From a virus, in the IMG/VR virus record IMGVR_UViG_3300044993_000765, positions 1 to 64,000 of that record: 64,000 bases of DNA. One strand, given 5' to 3'. Under the pieces are notes generated by a model. That model was not told the origin of the DNA. It saw only the letters and a list, made by a program, of their open reading frames with translations, and searched no databases. Made by a program: the position numbers and the translations under genes. The first letter of the stretch is position 1, and the number at the start of each line of letters is the position of its first letter. Shown one piece after another: positions 11,301-20,369 of this stretch.

Positions 11301-14300
11301 GCTTTTGACGCGCTTGAACAGCTTGTCCTTGGCGTCGGGGTGCGGGTAATCGTGGATGAAGGCGATTTCGTTCGCGGGCACGCCGCCGGCGATGAGCTTG
11401 GCGCGCAGATCGTCGTAGACGTTGAATCCTTCCGCGCCGCTCAGGCCCACGATGTCCTGCAAACTGAGGCTGTCGCCGGCCTCGGCATCGAACCCATTGG
11501 CGTCGTTGTAGTCGTCGATTTCGGCTTGGCTCAGTTCCTGCCCGGCTTCGCGCTCGGCCTCACGTTCGGCGATCCAGCGTTCGCGACGGGCGGGATCGCG
11601 CAGGGTCTCCTGCGCCCAGGCCAGACCCTTGTCACGGCCGCCGGGCAAGATGCGTCGCGCGCGACCGGTCGCCGCGTCGTAGACGGTCGTCGTCGCCCTG
11701 GCCGCGGCACCGCGCACCACCAGCAGAAACGGCAGTTCCTCCGCGCCCGCGACCGTGTGCGCCGTGCCGCTCGCATGCGCCAGACTGCCATCGTCCTCGC
11801 GCACGTAGACGCGCTGCGGCTTGGTCGCGGCGCTGCGTCGAGCCGTATTGGGCACCGACAAGTCGCAGAACACCAACTGCGTGCCCTTGTCGGCATCCCA
11901 TTGCCGATACAGCGCCAGCATGCGCTCCAGCGCCAGATTGATCTTCGAGCCGCGGAAGTCCGGCGCCGCCGGGTCGATCAGCCGATAGTCCAGTCCTGCC
12001 TTGTTGGCCTGCCCGGTCAGGGAGAGCGCATTGACCCGGCCCTTGGTCTGCCGGGTCAACTCGCGGATGCGGGCGAAGCGGCCCAGGATCGACTCCGGGT
12101 TGAGGTCGATCTTGGGAGTCAGGGCCGCTTCCACGATGCCCATCTGGGCGTCCTCGCGCGTCGGATAGACCGCCAGGGCGCGCGGGTAGGCTTCGCCGGG
12201 CACCTCGATCTTGACCCGGAAGCGGCCGTCTTCGGCCTCCTCGATCGTCGCCGTTTCGCCGCGCCCAGGATTGAAACCGAACACCACGCCGCCGCCCTCA
12301 CTGCGCGCCAGATGCGGGACACCCATGAACTCGGCCACCTGTGGCGAGCGTTCGGCCACCACGATCTGCGGGCGGCCACCCAGCAGGTTCGGAACCGGGA
12401 AGCGCCCGCCCTTGGCCGCTTCCTGGGCCTTGAGGTCGTCCAGCGTCACCACGTCCGCGAACGCGCGGTAGTCGGCCATCAGTGACGGCAGGTTCTGGAA
12501 CTTCGCAAAGCGGGTCGAAGCACGGAAGCCGGCGCCGGAGGGCGCGACCTCGTACACGTTCTCGATGCTGCCGTACTGCCGCGCCCAGGCATCGAAGACG
12601 TGCAAGTCCTTGCGCTTGAGCGTCGGGTATTGCATGTACCGCTGGAGGTTGAACATTTCGACCAGCGAATTGCTGACCGGCGTACCCGTGGCTGTCACCA
12701 GCGGCGCCTTGTCGCCCAGCGTCCCGAACAGCCACTGCGTCTTGACGAACAGATCGAACGCGCGATCGGAGCCGTTCGGATTGCCCATGCCGGGCACGCG
12801 CGACATCGCCGTGGTGTAAAACAGGTTCTTGAATTCATGAAGTTCATCGACGAACAGGGCATCGACGCCCAACTCGTCGAAGGTCAGCACGCCGTCGCGT
12901 TGGCCGATGTTCGCCAGCTTCTGCTTGACCTTGGCCTCCAAGCGTGCGCGGATGCCCTCCATGTCGCGCACGATGCCGCGGTCGCCGCGCTCGCGCTTCA
13001 TCTGTTCGATGAGGCTGGCGATCTCGTCGATCTGTTCGGTCAGGATGCGGGTCTCGGTCTCGGCCGGCAGCCCGATCTTCTTCAGCGAGGAATGGCCGAC
13101 GATGATCGCGTCCCAATCGCCGGTCACGATGCGGGAAAACAGCTTCTTGCGGTTCTCCCGCGTGAAATCGTCCGGTTCCGCCGCCAGCACCACGGCCCCC
13201 GGATACAGCCGGGCGAATTCGGTGCGCCACTGCACGGTCAGATGATTGGGCACGGCGAACAGCGGCTTGCGCGCGACACCGAGCCGTCGCATTTCCATCG
13301 CGATCGCGACCATCTGGAAGGTCTTGCCGGCACCGACGACATGATCGAGCAGCAGTTGACGCGATTGCAGGCCACGCCACACCCCGTTCTGCTGGTGCGC
13401 GAGCAGGGTCAGGCCGGGACTCATGCCCGGCAGGGTCAGATGACTGCCGTCGTAGCGCCGCTCGACGGTGCGGTTCATCTTGTCGTTGTAGAGCGCAAGC
13501 AGGCGCTCGGCCCGCTCGGGGTCGCGCCAAACCCAGGCCCGCCATTCGGCCCGCAGCGCGTTCTGTTTCTCGCGGGCGCGTTCGGTTTCGGCTTCCAGCA
13601 CAATGCGTTCGATCTTGCCGTCGCCATGTTTGATCGTCTTGGTCACGACCACCGCGCGCCCGGCGAGGGTCGCCTGGAAAATCTCGGTCGCGCCCATCTC
13701 CTTCGTGCCCCAGGTCGAGGCATTCAGTACCCGATCCGGTTCGCCGACGACGTTCACCAGCCACAGGCCCGACCCGCGCACATAGGTCATGCGCGCGTTC
13801 GCGCCCGTCACCTCCCGATGGAAAGCTTGCAGATCCTCTGCCGGCAGGAACGGAGCGCCGAGCGCGATGGTGATCTCGCTGGGCGTCTTGTCGCGCGGAA
13901 TGACCTTGGACAACGCCCCGACGTTGCGGGCGAAGCGCGGATCGCGCCGGGCCGCGTCCTTGGCTTCGACGAGCTTGGTTTTCACATCGCCCGACAGGTA
14001 GTCGTCGGCCGTGACCAGATTGCCGTCCGGCGTTTCGTACACCAGCGGGCCGAGTTCCTTGACGAGCGCGGTACTGTCCTTGCCGTAGACCTCGGTCATG
14101 TAGTCCAGGTCCAGACGGCCACGGTAGTTCAGGCTGGCGAGGTAGGCGTCGCGCGCACTGTGGACGGTCACGAAATCCGACGGCGGGAACAGCACGCGAC
14201 GACGGAAGATATCGGCTTTCGTCGCCTTCGGGGCGCGCGGCTCGATGCCCTCGCGCTTGGCGACGGTCTCGCTCACGCCGGCGTCGTAGTCGAACTCCAG

Positions 14301-17300
14301 TGCCAGAAGCAGGCTGGCGTCCGGGTCGTCGAAGAACAGGCTACGGTTGGTCCGCGATGCGCTGAGGTGGCCGTATCGCTTGAGGAAGGCGTCATAGCGA
14401 TCGTTGAGCAGACGACGGTTGGCCTCGATCTGCGCCTCGCTCGCGTCCGCGGCGCGTTCCAGGCGCATCTGCTGGCGCAGCACGTCGCGAATCTCGATCA
14501 TGCCGCGCATGCGCGCCTCGGCGGTCGCACCGGGCGCCGTCCACGGCGCCGCTTGCGGCTCGCCCATCCGGTCCTCGCCCCGGATCATGATCCGCCCCTC
14601 GGCGTCGATGAAGTAGGCGCCGACCTTCACCCCCTCGGGCACCGCACTGGCGGTCATCGCCTCGGTGCGGTCGATCGGGCTGTAGATGCCCTCCGGCAAC
14701 GTCCGCGCCCATGCCGTCAGTTGCGCGGCCAGATCGCCGGAAGGGGCGACGGTGTAGTCGTTGGCCCGGTACATGGTGCCGCCGGCCGTCTGCGTGCCGA
14801 GGATATGATCCGGGTGATCGACGTACCAGGGGTTGATGCGGAAGGAGAACGTCTCGCCCGTGGTCGGGTGTTCTAGCGTCTGTTCGACGGTCTGCACCCA
14901 GCGCAGGCGCGCGGCCCGCGTGTCGTCGCTCGGCGGGTCGGTGTCCGGGGCGCGCTTCTGGAGCACGATGATATCGGTCACGACCTCGGTGCCGGCGTTC
15001 TCGGCGAACGCGGTGTCGGGCAGGCGCGCGGCGGCGATCAGATCCGCCCGCTCCGCGATCCACTGCCGCACGCGACTGTCTTTGGCGTCCAGAAACTGAC
15101 GCGACACCACCATCATCAGCACGCCGCCCGGCCGTAGCTTGTCGATCGACTTGGCGAAGAAGTAGTTGTGGATGCTGAAGCCCGAATACGGGCTGCGCTC
15201 AGAATCGACGATGGGTTCGCTACCGAAGGGCGGATTGCCGATCGCCACGTCGAAAAATTCGCTCGGGACCGCCACGTCCTGAAACCCGCTCTGGCGAATG
15301 TGCGCTTTCGGATAGAGCGCGGCGGCGATTTGCTGGGTCAGCGGATCGAGTTCGACGCCGTAGAGCGTGGAAGCGTTCCGCAGCTTCGCCGGCATCCCGC
15401 CGAAGAAATGGCCAATGCCGACCGCCGGTTCCAGAATGCGCCCGCGGGTGACGCCCAGACGCACCAGTGCGGAGTACATGCCGTCGATCACGGGCTTGCT
15501 GGTGTAGTGGGCGTTGAGCGTGGACGCGCGCGCCGCGCGCCATTCGGCATCCGTCAGCAGGCCCTGAAGCTCGGCGCGGACTTTCGCCCATTGGGCATTG
15601 GCCGGATCGAAGACGCCCTTCAGCGCACCCCAACCGACGTAGCGCGCGAGTTGGCGACGCTCTTCCGGCGACGCCGGCCGCTGTTCGGCGGCCATCGCCT
15701 TGACGATGCGGATCGCAGCGAGATTGTCCCGCGCCTTGCGCGCGAGCCCGCCTTTGCCCAGATCGTCGGCCAAGCCCTCGACGGCCTGCTCGGCTGTATC
15801 CACTTCCGTCGCGGTGGCGGCGACAACGCCGGCCTCTGGCCCCGCGGCAGGCTCGGCCTGCGGCGACGCGGTCTCGGCCACAACGGAAGAGGCCGCAGGA
15901 TCGTCGATCGCTGCGGCCTCTTGGGTCAGGCGCTCTCGCTGCCCGGTTCGGGCGGAGGGGGATCGTCGTCGTCGGTCGTTGGTGGCTCCAGCGACAACTC
16001 CCACACCTGCGCCTTCTCCCAGCTCGACAGATGATTCAGGCTCGTATCGGCCTTCGCCCGTTCCTCCTCGGCGGTCTGGTTCGCCAGCGCCTCCAGGTAG
16101 TATCCCGACCGGATCAGTTTCTGCACCCGCTTGGGCCAACCCAGCATCCAGCGGTTCGCGACCTCGCGCGCGGTCGGCGACATCGCCAGCAGTTTCGCGC
16201 GCACGTCGGCGGGATAAGCGTTCGGTTTGACCAAGTCCTGCATCGGGGGTGTCCTCCGGGTTCGCGGCGTCTGCCGCCTCGTTCAGCGTCGTGTCGGTAC
16301 TGGTGGCGGCGGCAGCGTCGACAGTGACAACGCGCCCTCCGTCGACGATGTCGGGTCCCATGCCTCCTGCACCCGCACCGTCTCCTGCATCAAAGCGGCC
16401 AGATACTCTCCCGAGTCGATCAGGGCGCGCGCCCGCATCGGTCTCGTTCGCATCCAGTGGTTGGCGATCTGCGTCGCCAAGGGCGACATCGATTCCAGGG
16501 CGATCCGTGCCGCGGGCGGATACCGCTCCGGTCTCAACAGGATCGTCACTGCCCACTGCCTCCCTCGATGCCAGGTCCCTGCCATTGTCGGCCCGACGCC
16601 CCGCGTCCGTCGACAGGCTCGGCGCGATCTGGACATCTGCCCACAACTGATTGGCACTACTGGACAGGGTGATGATGCCGTCCGCGATGACATAGCGCGC
16701 CCCGTAGGCTCCGCCGGTGTTGACCGCTCCGGCCTGCTCGAACGCCCGACGAGCCGCGGCCATCGCCGAGTGGACTTCGGTGACATGGGCGAACGCCGCC
16801 GGAAACGGGACCCGCCCGGACTGACCTGAACGCACCTGCGCAACCAGCCCGTCCACGAAATCCGCCAGGATCGCAGCATTGCCTGTGGGTTGCCTTGCGC
16901 TTTCCGTCGCCGCATCTTCCACAGTCTGTGCCGAGGCGGTCGACTCGATGACAGGTGCAGCGATCTTCGTCCAGCGATCGGACCAGGGCACCTCCCGGCG
17001 TTGCTCGATCCGGCCATCGTGGCTCACCGTGATCGTCTGTCCATCGTCTAGGCGCACCCAGGGGAATCCGGACTTGGCGAACAGCGTGCCTTGGGCCGTC
17101 TGCGGCGCACCAAGCATCAGATTGCGCGATGTCGCCTGCACGCGGTCGCCGATGGCGAGTCCCGCCGCCGCCAGGACCGAAAGCCGCCGACTCCGGTTGC
17201 CCTCGTTCATCTGGTCGGCCAGTCGTTGCAGGACCGGCAGTAGGCGACCGTACTCCGCGGTCGCCCGATATGCCTGTTTGCCACCGAACGCGCGTGCACG

Positions 17301-19637
17301 CTGCGCGACCCACTGATTCGCCTCGGCGTAGCTCCCGAACCTCGGAAACGTCTCGACCGGCGCACGCGCCTCCGCCTCGCGCTGGGCTCGCCGCTCCGCC
17401 TCCCGGGATTGTTCGGTCGCGCGGTCGGTACCGGCCCAACGATAAATCGCGTCCTCAGATGCCGAACGTCCACGCGGCAGAGTGATACCCGTCGTCGCAG
17501 CGAAAAGTGCACGACTCGCCGGATTCATCTTGGCATCGCCCAGATTGCGTTTAAGCAAACCGCGCGCATCACGGCGCTCGATCAGATCGATCAGTTCGTC
17601 TGCGGCCTTCTCGTAGAAGCCGCTCTCCTCATCGGTGACGTTCGGTCGCTTCCGGCGCATCGTCTCCACGAACATCCTGCGCAGCGCCGGACGATCCAAT
17701 CCAACGGAGTTTTCGAGTGGCGGCGCGTCGTTCTCGGATGCCACCGCCTGATCGACAGACACCGACACGGTTTCCCGTTCAGGCGGAAGATTTACAGGTG
17801 CACTCTGCGCATCGGTCAGCATACGGCGGTGCAGGTTGCCCCCTGGGATCGGCTGTCCTCTCGCATCGAACAGCGGCAAATAGTTGCGTTCGCCCTCCCA
17901 ATCGGAACGACGCACACGTACCTTGGTATTGCCACGCTTTTCCCGAAAGCCCATCAACGCTTCGCCTTCAGGCGTAGTGACGTTGAGAACGACCCCTTTC
18001 GGCGTGGCTCCGGTCGATTCCACTGCTATCGATTGGGGTGCTGGCGGTCGATAGACTGATGCCTGCGCTCCGATTCGCGACGACAGCACCGCTTCATTCG
18101 GCGCCGCCGCGGGATGACGGGCGCGCGCCGCGTTCACGTCTGGCGTAAGCCCCAAGGAATCGCGCTCAAGCGCAAGGGCTGTCGCATCCCGATCGAACGC
18201 TCCGCGCTGCGCGGCGGGGATCGCAATACCCTCGGGCGTGACCATCGTCACCGGCTCCGGAAGCGCCAGCAACCGCCGATAAGTCGCCGGTGACTGTCCC
18301 GTATTGGGAGTCGATGATGCTTGTCCGACCTGGCGGTCGCTGGCGAGGGTCTCCATCGCCTGCAGGAACGCGGCATCACCCTGCGGCTGCGGCCGCTCGC
18401 GGAGGGCACCGATACCCCCGAATACGCCGCCGCCCAAACCACCGGCTGCCGCGCTGTCGAAGTACGCCGTGAGTGCATCCGCATCAGTCAAGGACTGTTG
18501 GCCGGCGAACCGCGTCGCGCCTTCCTGTACCGCTTCGGTCGCACCCTCCCCGACCGCATTGCGCGCGAAGCCGGCCGCGACGCGATCCTTCAGTGCTCCG
18601 CCGCGCACACCCCGCAATAGCGTATCGGCCAGCAGCGCATCGCCGAACGTCTCCGCAGCCCCATAGATTGCGCCGCCGGTCAGCACGCGCCCGAGATCCA
18701 CCTCGGGGCCTCCGGTCTGCTCGGTCGCGAAGGCCGCGTTATAGGACTCGCCCATACCGCGCGCGGTCGAGGCCGCCGCCAGAGCCCCCGTCGCACCCAG
18801 CGTACGCATCGTCTCTTTCGCCAGTTGATCGCGCATCAGGCCCAATGCCTCGCGCTTGGCAACCGCCTCGGTCGCACCCATGGCGACCTGCCTGGTGACG
18901 TAATCGGCAGCCAAGTTCGCGATCTGCGCCTGGACTTCATCGCGGACCAGTTTCTTGCCGAAGAAACCGCCGACCGCGCCGCCGATGGTGCCCGGCCCCG
19001 GTGCCGCACCGCTGCCGGCGGCGGCACCAGCCACCGAGAACATCAACGACTCCAGTACGCTCGGCAGCATCTGACCGAGGTTGAACTGCGCCCAATCCGC
19101 CAAGTTGCCGAGTGTGCCGGTGATGCCGTCGCCCGTCGCCCAAGCGCGACTCAAGCTGTCGGTCGGACGCGCATCCTGCGCCTGCCGTTCAAGGAGACCT
19201 TGCGCACGCAAGGCCCATTCTCCCGCAGTCTCGTCGGCGCCGAACAGATCCGCACCCAGCGCACCCAGGCCGTACAGTGCTGCCTGCGTACCTGGCCAGT
19301 AGGTCTGCATGCCGCGCCCGAAATCGCCGGCATCGGTGGGCGGCGGAACATCCTGCAGGAACTGACGGGTCCACTGTGCCGCATCGCCCCCCTGCTGTTG
19401 CGCCAACCAAGGCAAGATCACATTGGCGTAATCGGCGTGAATACGCTGGCGATCCTCGGGTGCGGCCATATTCCAGCCCCGTCGAGCCTTGACGGTCTCC
19501 CAGCGCAGGTCGGGGATTTCGGCCGGAGCAAGCGATGGCACGGCCGGTGCCGGCGACGAAGTCACCGGGTCATTCAGGCGTGCGGTCAGCGCAGGATCGA
19601 CAAAAGCCGATCCGAACGGGTTGTAAGCGTCGGTCAT
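5358..19637 (-). CDS. Giant DarB-like large polyvalent protein: N6-adenine methyltransferase, SNF2 helicase, zincin (MPTase) and PLxRFG-type C-terminus; probable injected virion protein
   Basis: MTase motifs LEPAVGIGHF and AIGNPPF. Helicase motifs HVVGAGKT, LFVDELHEFKN and QREGRAIRRGN. HEAIGH metallopeptidase motif, FIEEIQSDWHQ domain and YFPLQRFG. Located at the end of the virion operon. Confidence 0.88.
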   Translation of the reverse strand: MTDAYNPFGSAFVDPALTARLNDPVTSSPAPAVPSLAPAEIPDLRWETVKARRGWNMAAPEDRQRIHADYANVILPWLAQQQGGDAAQWTRQFLQDVPPPTDAGDFGRGMQTYWPGTQAALYGLGALGADLFGADETAGEWALRAQGLLERQAQDARPTDSLSRAWATGDGITGTLGNLADWAQFNLGQMLPSVLESLMFSVAGAAAGSGAAPGPGTIGGAVGGFFGKKLVRDEVQAQIANLAADYVTRQVAMGATEAVAKREALGLMRDQLAKETMRTLGATGALAAASTARGMGESYNAAFATEQTGGPEVDLGRVLTGGAIYGAAETFGDALLADTLLRGVRGGALKDRVAAGFARNAVGEGATEAVQEGATRFAGQQSLTDADALTAYFDSAAAGGLGGGVFGGIGALRERPQPQGDAAFLQAMETLASDRQVGQASSTPNTGQSPATYRRLLALPEPVTMVTPEGIAIPAAQRGAFDRDATALALERDSLGLTPDVNAARARHPAAAPNEAVLSSRIGAQASVYRPPAPQSIAVESTGATPKGVVLNVTTPEGEALMGFREKRGNTKVRVRRSDWEGERNYLPLFDARGQPIPGGNLHRRMLTDAQSAPVNLPPERETVSVSVDQAVASENDAPPLENSVGLDRPALRRMFVETMRRKRPNVTDEESGFYEKAADELIDLIERRDARGLLKRNLGDAKMNPASRALFAATTGITLPRGRSASEDAIYRWAGTDRATEQSREAERRAQREAEARAPVETFPRFGSYAEANQWVAQRARAFGGKQAYRATAEYGRLLPVLQRLADQMNEGNRSRRLSVLAAAGLAIGDRVQATSRNLMLGAPQTAQGTLFAKSGFPWVRLDDGQTITVSHDGRIEQRREVPWSDRWTKIAAPVIESTASAQTVEDAATESARQPTGNAAILADFVDGLVAQVRSGQSGRVPFPAAFAHVTEVHSAMAAARRAFEQAGAVNTGGAYGARYVIADGIITLSSSANQLWADVQIAPSLSTDAGRRADNGRDLASREAVGSDDPVETGAVSARGTDRPGIDVALGDADRQPLDANETDAGARPDRLGRVSGRFDAGDGAGAGGMGPDIVDGGRVVTVDAAAATSTDTTLNEAADAANPEDTPDAGLGQTERLSRRRARETAGDVADRARGREPLDAGLAQAGAETDPVGILPGGAGEPDRRGGTGEGRYEPESSVELGEGAGVGVVAGATNDRRRRSPSARTGQRERLTQEAAAIDDPAASSVVAETASPQAEPAAGPEAGVVAATATEVDTAEQAVEGLADDLGKGGLARKARDNLAAIRIVKAMAAEQRPASPEERRQLARYVGWGALKGVFDPANAQWAKVRAELQGLLTDAEWRAARASTLNAHYTSKPVIDGMYSALVRLGVTRGRILEPAVGIGHFFGGMPAKLRNASTLYGVELDPLTQQIAAALYPKAHIRQSGFQDVAVPSEFFDVAIGNPPFGSEPIVDSERSPYSGFSIHNYFFAKSIDKLRPGGVLMMVVSRQFLDAKDSRVRQWIAERADLIAAARLPDTAFAENAGTEVVTDIIVLQKRAPDTDPPSDDTRAARLRWVQTVEQTLEHPTTGETFSFRINPWYVDHPDHILGTQTAGGTMYRANDYTVAPSGDLAAQLTAWARTLPEGIYSPIDRTEAMTASAVPEGVKVGAYFIDAEGRIMIRGEDRMGEPQAAPWTAPGATAEARMRGMIEIRDVLRQQMRLERAADASEAQIEANRRLLNDRYDAFLKRYGHLSASRTNRSLFFDDPDASLLLALEFDYDAGVSETVAKREGIEPRAPKATKADIFRRRVLFPPSDFVTVHSARDAYLASLNYRGRLDLDYMTEVYGKDSTALVKELGPLVYETPDGNLVTADDYLSGDVKTKLVEAKDAARRDPRFARNVGALSKVIPRDKTPSEITIALGAPFLPAEDLQAFHREVTGANARMTYVRGSGLWLVNVVGEPDRVLNASTWGTKEMGATEIFQATLAGRAVVVTKTIKHGDGKIERIVLEAETERAREKQNALRAEWRAWVWRDPERAERLLALYNDKMNRTVERRYDGSHLTLPGMSPGLTLLAHQQNGVWRGLQSRQLLLDHVVGAGKTFQMVAIAMEMRRLGVARKPLFAVPNHLTVQWRTEFARLYPGAVVLAAEPDDFTRENRKKLFSRIVTGDWDAIIVGHSSLKKIGLPAETETRILTEQIDEIASLIEQMKRERGDRGIVRDMEGIRARLEAKVKQKLANIGQRDGVLTFDELGVDALFVDELHEFKNLFYTTAMSRVPGMGNPNGSDRAFDLFVKTQWLFGTLGDKAPLVTATGTPVSNSLVEMFNLQRYMQYPTLKRKDLHVFDAWARQYGSIENVYEVAPSGAGFRASTRFAKFQNLPSLMADYRAFADVVTLDDLKAQEAAKGGRFPVPNLLGGRPQIVVAERSPQVAEFMGVPHLARSEGGGVVFGFNPGRGETATIEEAEDGRFRVKIEVPGEAYPRALAVYPTREDAQMGIVEAALTPKIDLNPESILGRFARIRELTRQTKGRVNALSLTGQANKAGLDYRLIDPAAPDFRGSKINLALERMLALYRQWDADKGTQLVFCDLSVPNTARRSAATKPQRVYVREDDGSLAHASGTAHTVAGAEELPFLLVVRGAAARATTTVYDAATGRARRILPGGRDKGLAWAQETLRDPARRERWIAEREAEREAGQELSQAEIDDYNDANGFDAEAGDSLSLQDIVGLSGAEGFNVYDDLRAKLIAGGVPANEIAFIHDYPHPDAKDKLFKRVKSGEVRFLFGSTAKMGAGTNVQDRIVGLHHIDAPWKPSDLEQREGRAIRRGNQLYERDPDGFEVAIYRYATRQTYDTRRWQLLEHKARGIEQLRKYDGQQTEIEDIDGEAANAAEMKAAASGDPLILRETQLRHDVRRLEQLELAHADNQTALQRQARTAEQYAAMGGPRYLKALREVQAQVKQHPLPEDKEAVPGGTTLDGARFGERKALTQTIARRVGALIGPSDAASPVELAYRGVTFEIDRVHAQWVRVSSDLGEVTSYERGAQTFSATGLLTRLNNYIDRIGAEIVDTEARIENARGEAERFRAEAAKPFEQTQALREAREQYRRVQRLLLVRGPEIPEHERPMLDAALEAQRSALREAGFSDALDELLDYQQQRDDDAGAFSKRRNPAAAGASVAQVQRVVDEMLVDWKGAPVVRVVATPDYLPASARRAPDVHLAEGYYARSTGTVYLVASALPNRRAVQRVLIHEAIGHYGIETIVGPAQWAQIAEGVHRLREKGRYRDLFAEHARRGYLDNGWDSTAIAEFIAILAERGVKDSVLDRVVAAVRAFLRKLGVRWTLSEAELRQLVMRAARQVRLGGSERALSLKESMAPAFSRVEGFRSALLQALERAQGAPRRGTAEQWQQWLDGVQRRGGFKQAERDWLDVDVWLTTRESVTGEARITREALTDFVRTHQVRIGEQQIGGDVARYDAALDRLQAAGFEIETLPSYGVALMRDGQEVDERTLTESQRHDLETLSAGIETTAPFVSAEGRYASYQMEGGREYRELLLTFPVQPSSRNPDEPFHSEHYPSVKNVLVHIRYNEREDVDGKRMLFIEEIQSDWHQHGRRYGYRPSADRNVAPDAPFKSTEDWTLLAIKRMVRMAAERGFQRIGWTTGAQQTSRYSRGEQVDAIDYMPMPSGAFRVAGLKQGDVVREMEVPANLLSSLLGAKVAARVRAGEGDLSPRGSSRGTPLRRLDALSLHLGDAGMGGYYDGILPAVVNRWARPLGGRVTTAEIRPRFRAHALEVHAFDITPAVRAAVEEGLPLFSKRTPNAVLDDLDAILDPAPEQTALKDRAKAWLKDITPAKFKDASRSAWLGLLTTRHLGELGGDYFEHIRFYNDYLARMSADRNQMQSEADTLAEDARRWVSKHRMQARELFRLMHAATIAGVDPAKAYTPLQFRFGGKLHEVTPKSIREALRAIRQQMRERSGDSKIDMMQEAKILRGMPAREKRRRAAYPELVARWNALPKEAQEIYIAFRDAYAGRSDAVEEALVARMRDTDASASHKRRLEQVIRLQFERNRLQGVYFPLQRFGRYFVSALRDGVPVYLMFESLSDLERAVASLQGQGYTIRAQGLKAESGPKDAPQGTFVAEIIEHLSKAGVSEKTQEEIYQLYLQALPEMSMRKHQIHRNAVPGFDPDGVRAFAWNMHHGSHQLARLRYAHKLQSVLELLKHQQDIDRRKDDADTRRLVAGDAILAELQRRHAWIMQPTDSPITQAISSAGFVYYLGLSPASALVNLSQTALISYPYLAARFGAVKAFNALLAAGSDAARTLGHIERRLPNREEEDAYKALVAAGAIDRTQAHSLAGIAEDGAVRFSPAWAEAMRIIGWGFHTTELINREATGIAAFRLSRKAGQSFDQAVRSAIDAIQDTHYDYTNQNRARWMQGNVAKVLLMFKQYALNTTWHLGRMVWQTTRNADPQTRRIARRNLTGVLGMSALFSGALGLPIASVVMGVLNAIAASFGDEDEPWEAKTELRAFLTDLLGTDAAEVLLNGPVNTVTGADVASRVSLSQLWFRDADRELEGRGMYYHLLEQAAGPMGGVLKNVIAGKALIDEGHTWRGVETMLPSALKSMVKAARYEVQGANTLRGDPLIEDMSLRQTLLQLSGFTPSELAETYARNNAAKRYEQHLLKRRERLLDAYALATRTGDVEGRAEVVRQIREWNRKVPELAITAGTLERSIASRLAWSARAEAGIVLNPRLAERVREGTGTAE
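15926..16243 (-). CDS. Nested +1-frame small protein 1 (105 aa) inside the DarB-like gene
   Basis: ATG preceded by GGAGG (ccggaggacacccccgATG). Paralogous to 16283..16549, with 25/54 identities ungapped. Confidence 0.65.
   Translation of the reverse strand: MQDLVKPNAYPADVRAKLLAMSPTAREVANRWMLGWPKRVQKLIRSGYYLEALANQTAEEERAKADTSLNHLSSWEKAQVWELSLEPPTTDDDDPPPPEPGSESA
16283..16549 (-). CDS. Nested +1-frame small protein 2 (88 aa) inside the DarB-like gene
   Basis: GTG preceded by GGGAGG (gagggaggcagtgggcaGTG). Shares YP...MSP.A..IAN.WM...P.R...LI.SG.YL.AL with 15926..16243. Confidence 0.6.
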   Translation of the reverse strand: MTILLRPERYPPAARIALESMSPLATQIANHWMRTRPMRARALIDSGEYLAALMQETVRVQEAWDPTSSTEGALSLSTLPPPPVPTRR

Positions 19638-19643
19638 GAGCGA

Positions 19644-20369
19644 TCAGGATTTGGGGGACGAGCGACGCAGATGCTGCAGATCGAGATCGATCGAGTACGG
19701 CGGCTCAGGGGACGGCACGAGCGACGCTGGAGTCGTCGCATCGGTTGGCGTGAAGAAGGACGGCGGAAAGATCGCCTGGGAGGATTCGGCACCAGGGGGC
19801 TGCACTGGCCACATCGGAGGCAAGACCGGCCGGTAATGCGGCTGCGCAGGTGGCGCACTCAAGGCTGCGGCCAGTGGCGCATAGGGCGGCAAGAAGGTGG
19901 GCGTAGCGGACTGGCCCAGCGCCTGTGCGATGAATGCGGGGGAGCGTTTGGGCTGCGGGTACGGCGACGACGGCAAGCTGGCCCAGGTGCGCCCATCCTT
20001 TCGGACAGCGGTGGCGTAATCCCCGCGAAGTACATCATCCAGCGATCCGCTGCGTCGCATCAATTCCAGCGCACCTAGATCCTGCGAGCGCGGCGAGAAG
20101 TCGCTCAAGCCAAGCGTCCCCGCGATATCATTCCAAGTGGAGTGCAGAAACTGGTACTTGCCCGCTGCCGTTGTCGTGTTGGCTTTACCGTCCGTCTGTC
20201 GGAACCTTCTCGCAATGCCGGGATGACGAGACAGATCGGGGATGGCACTGCCTCCGAAGGCGACGCGATAAGGATCGGCGTATCTGGCTGTCCCTTCGGC
20301 TTGCGCGATCAGGTCGAGATAACGACGGACATTCGGATGTTCCAATAGCGCGGTCAGATCGCGGCTCAT
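19644..20369 (-). CDS. Lambda-R-like lysozyme/lytic transglycosylase with Pro-rich tail, probably virion-associated
   Basis: Motifs AEGT, TAAGKYQFL..TW, DFSPRSQD and WASLP. Lies among candidate ejection genes. Confidence 0.85.
   Translation of the reverse strand: MSRDLTALLEHPNVRRYLDLIAQAEGTARYADPYRVAFGGSAIPDLSRHPGIARRFRQTDGKANTTTAAGKYQFLHSTWNDIAGTLGLSDFSPRSQDLGALELMRRSGSLDDVLRGDYATAVRKDGRTWASLPSSPYPQPKRSPAFIAQALGQSATPTFLPPYAPLAAALSAPPAQPHYRPVLPPMWPVQPPGAESSQAIFPPSFFTPTDATTPASLVPSPEPPYSIDLDLQHLRRSSPKS

Noticed and set aside
1000-14876. Long plus-strand ORFs (e.g. 1000..2613, 3553..5115, 11064..12485, 12600..14876)
   Set aside because: Antisense shadows of high-GC genes, with no recognisable motifs.
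19644-20369. Lysozyme as the lysis-cassette endolysin
   Set aside because: No adjacent holin or spanin; its context among ejection genes favours a virion enzyme.
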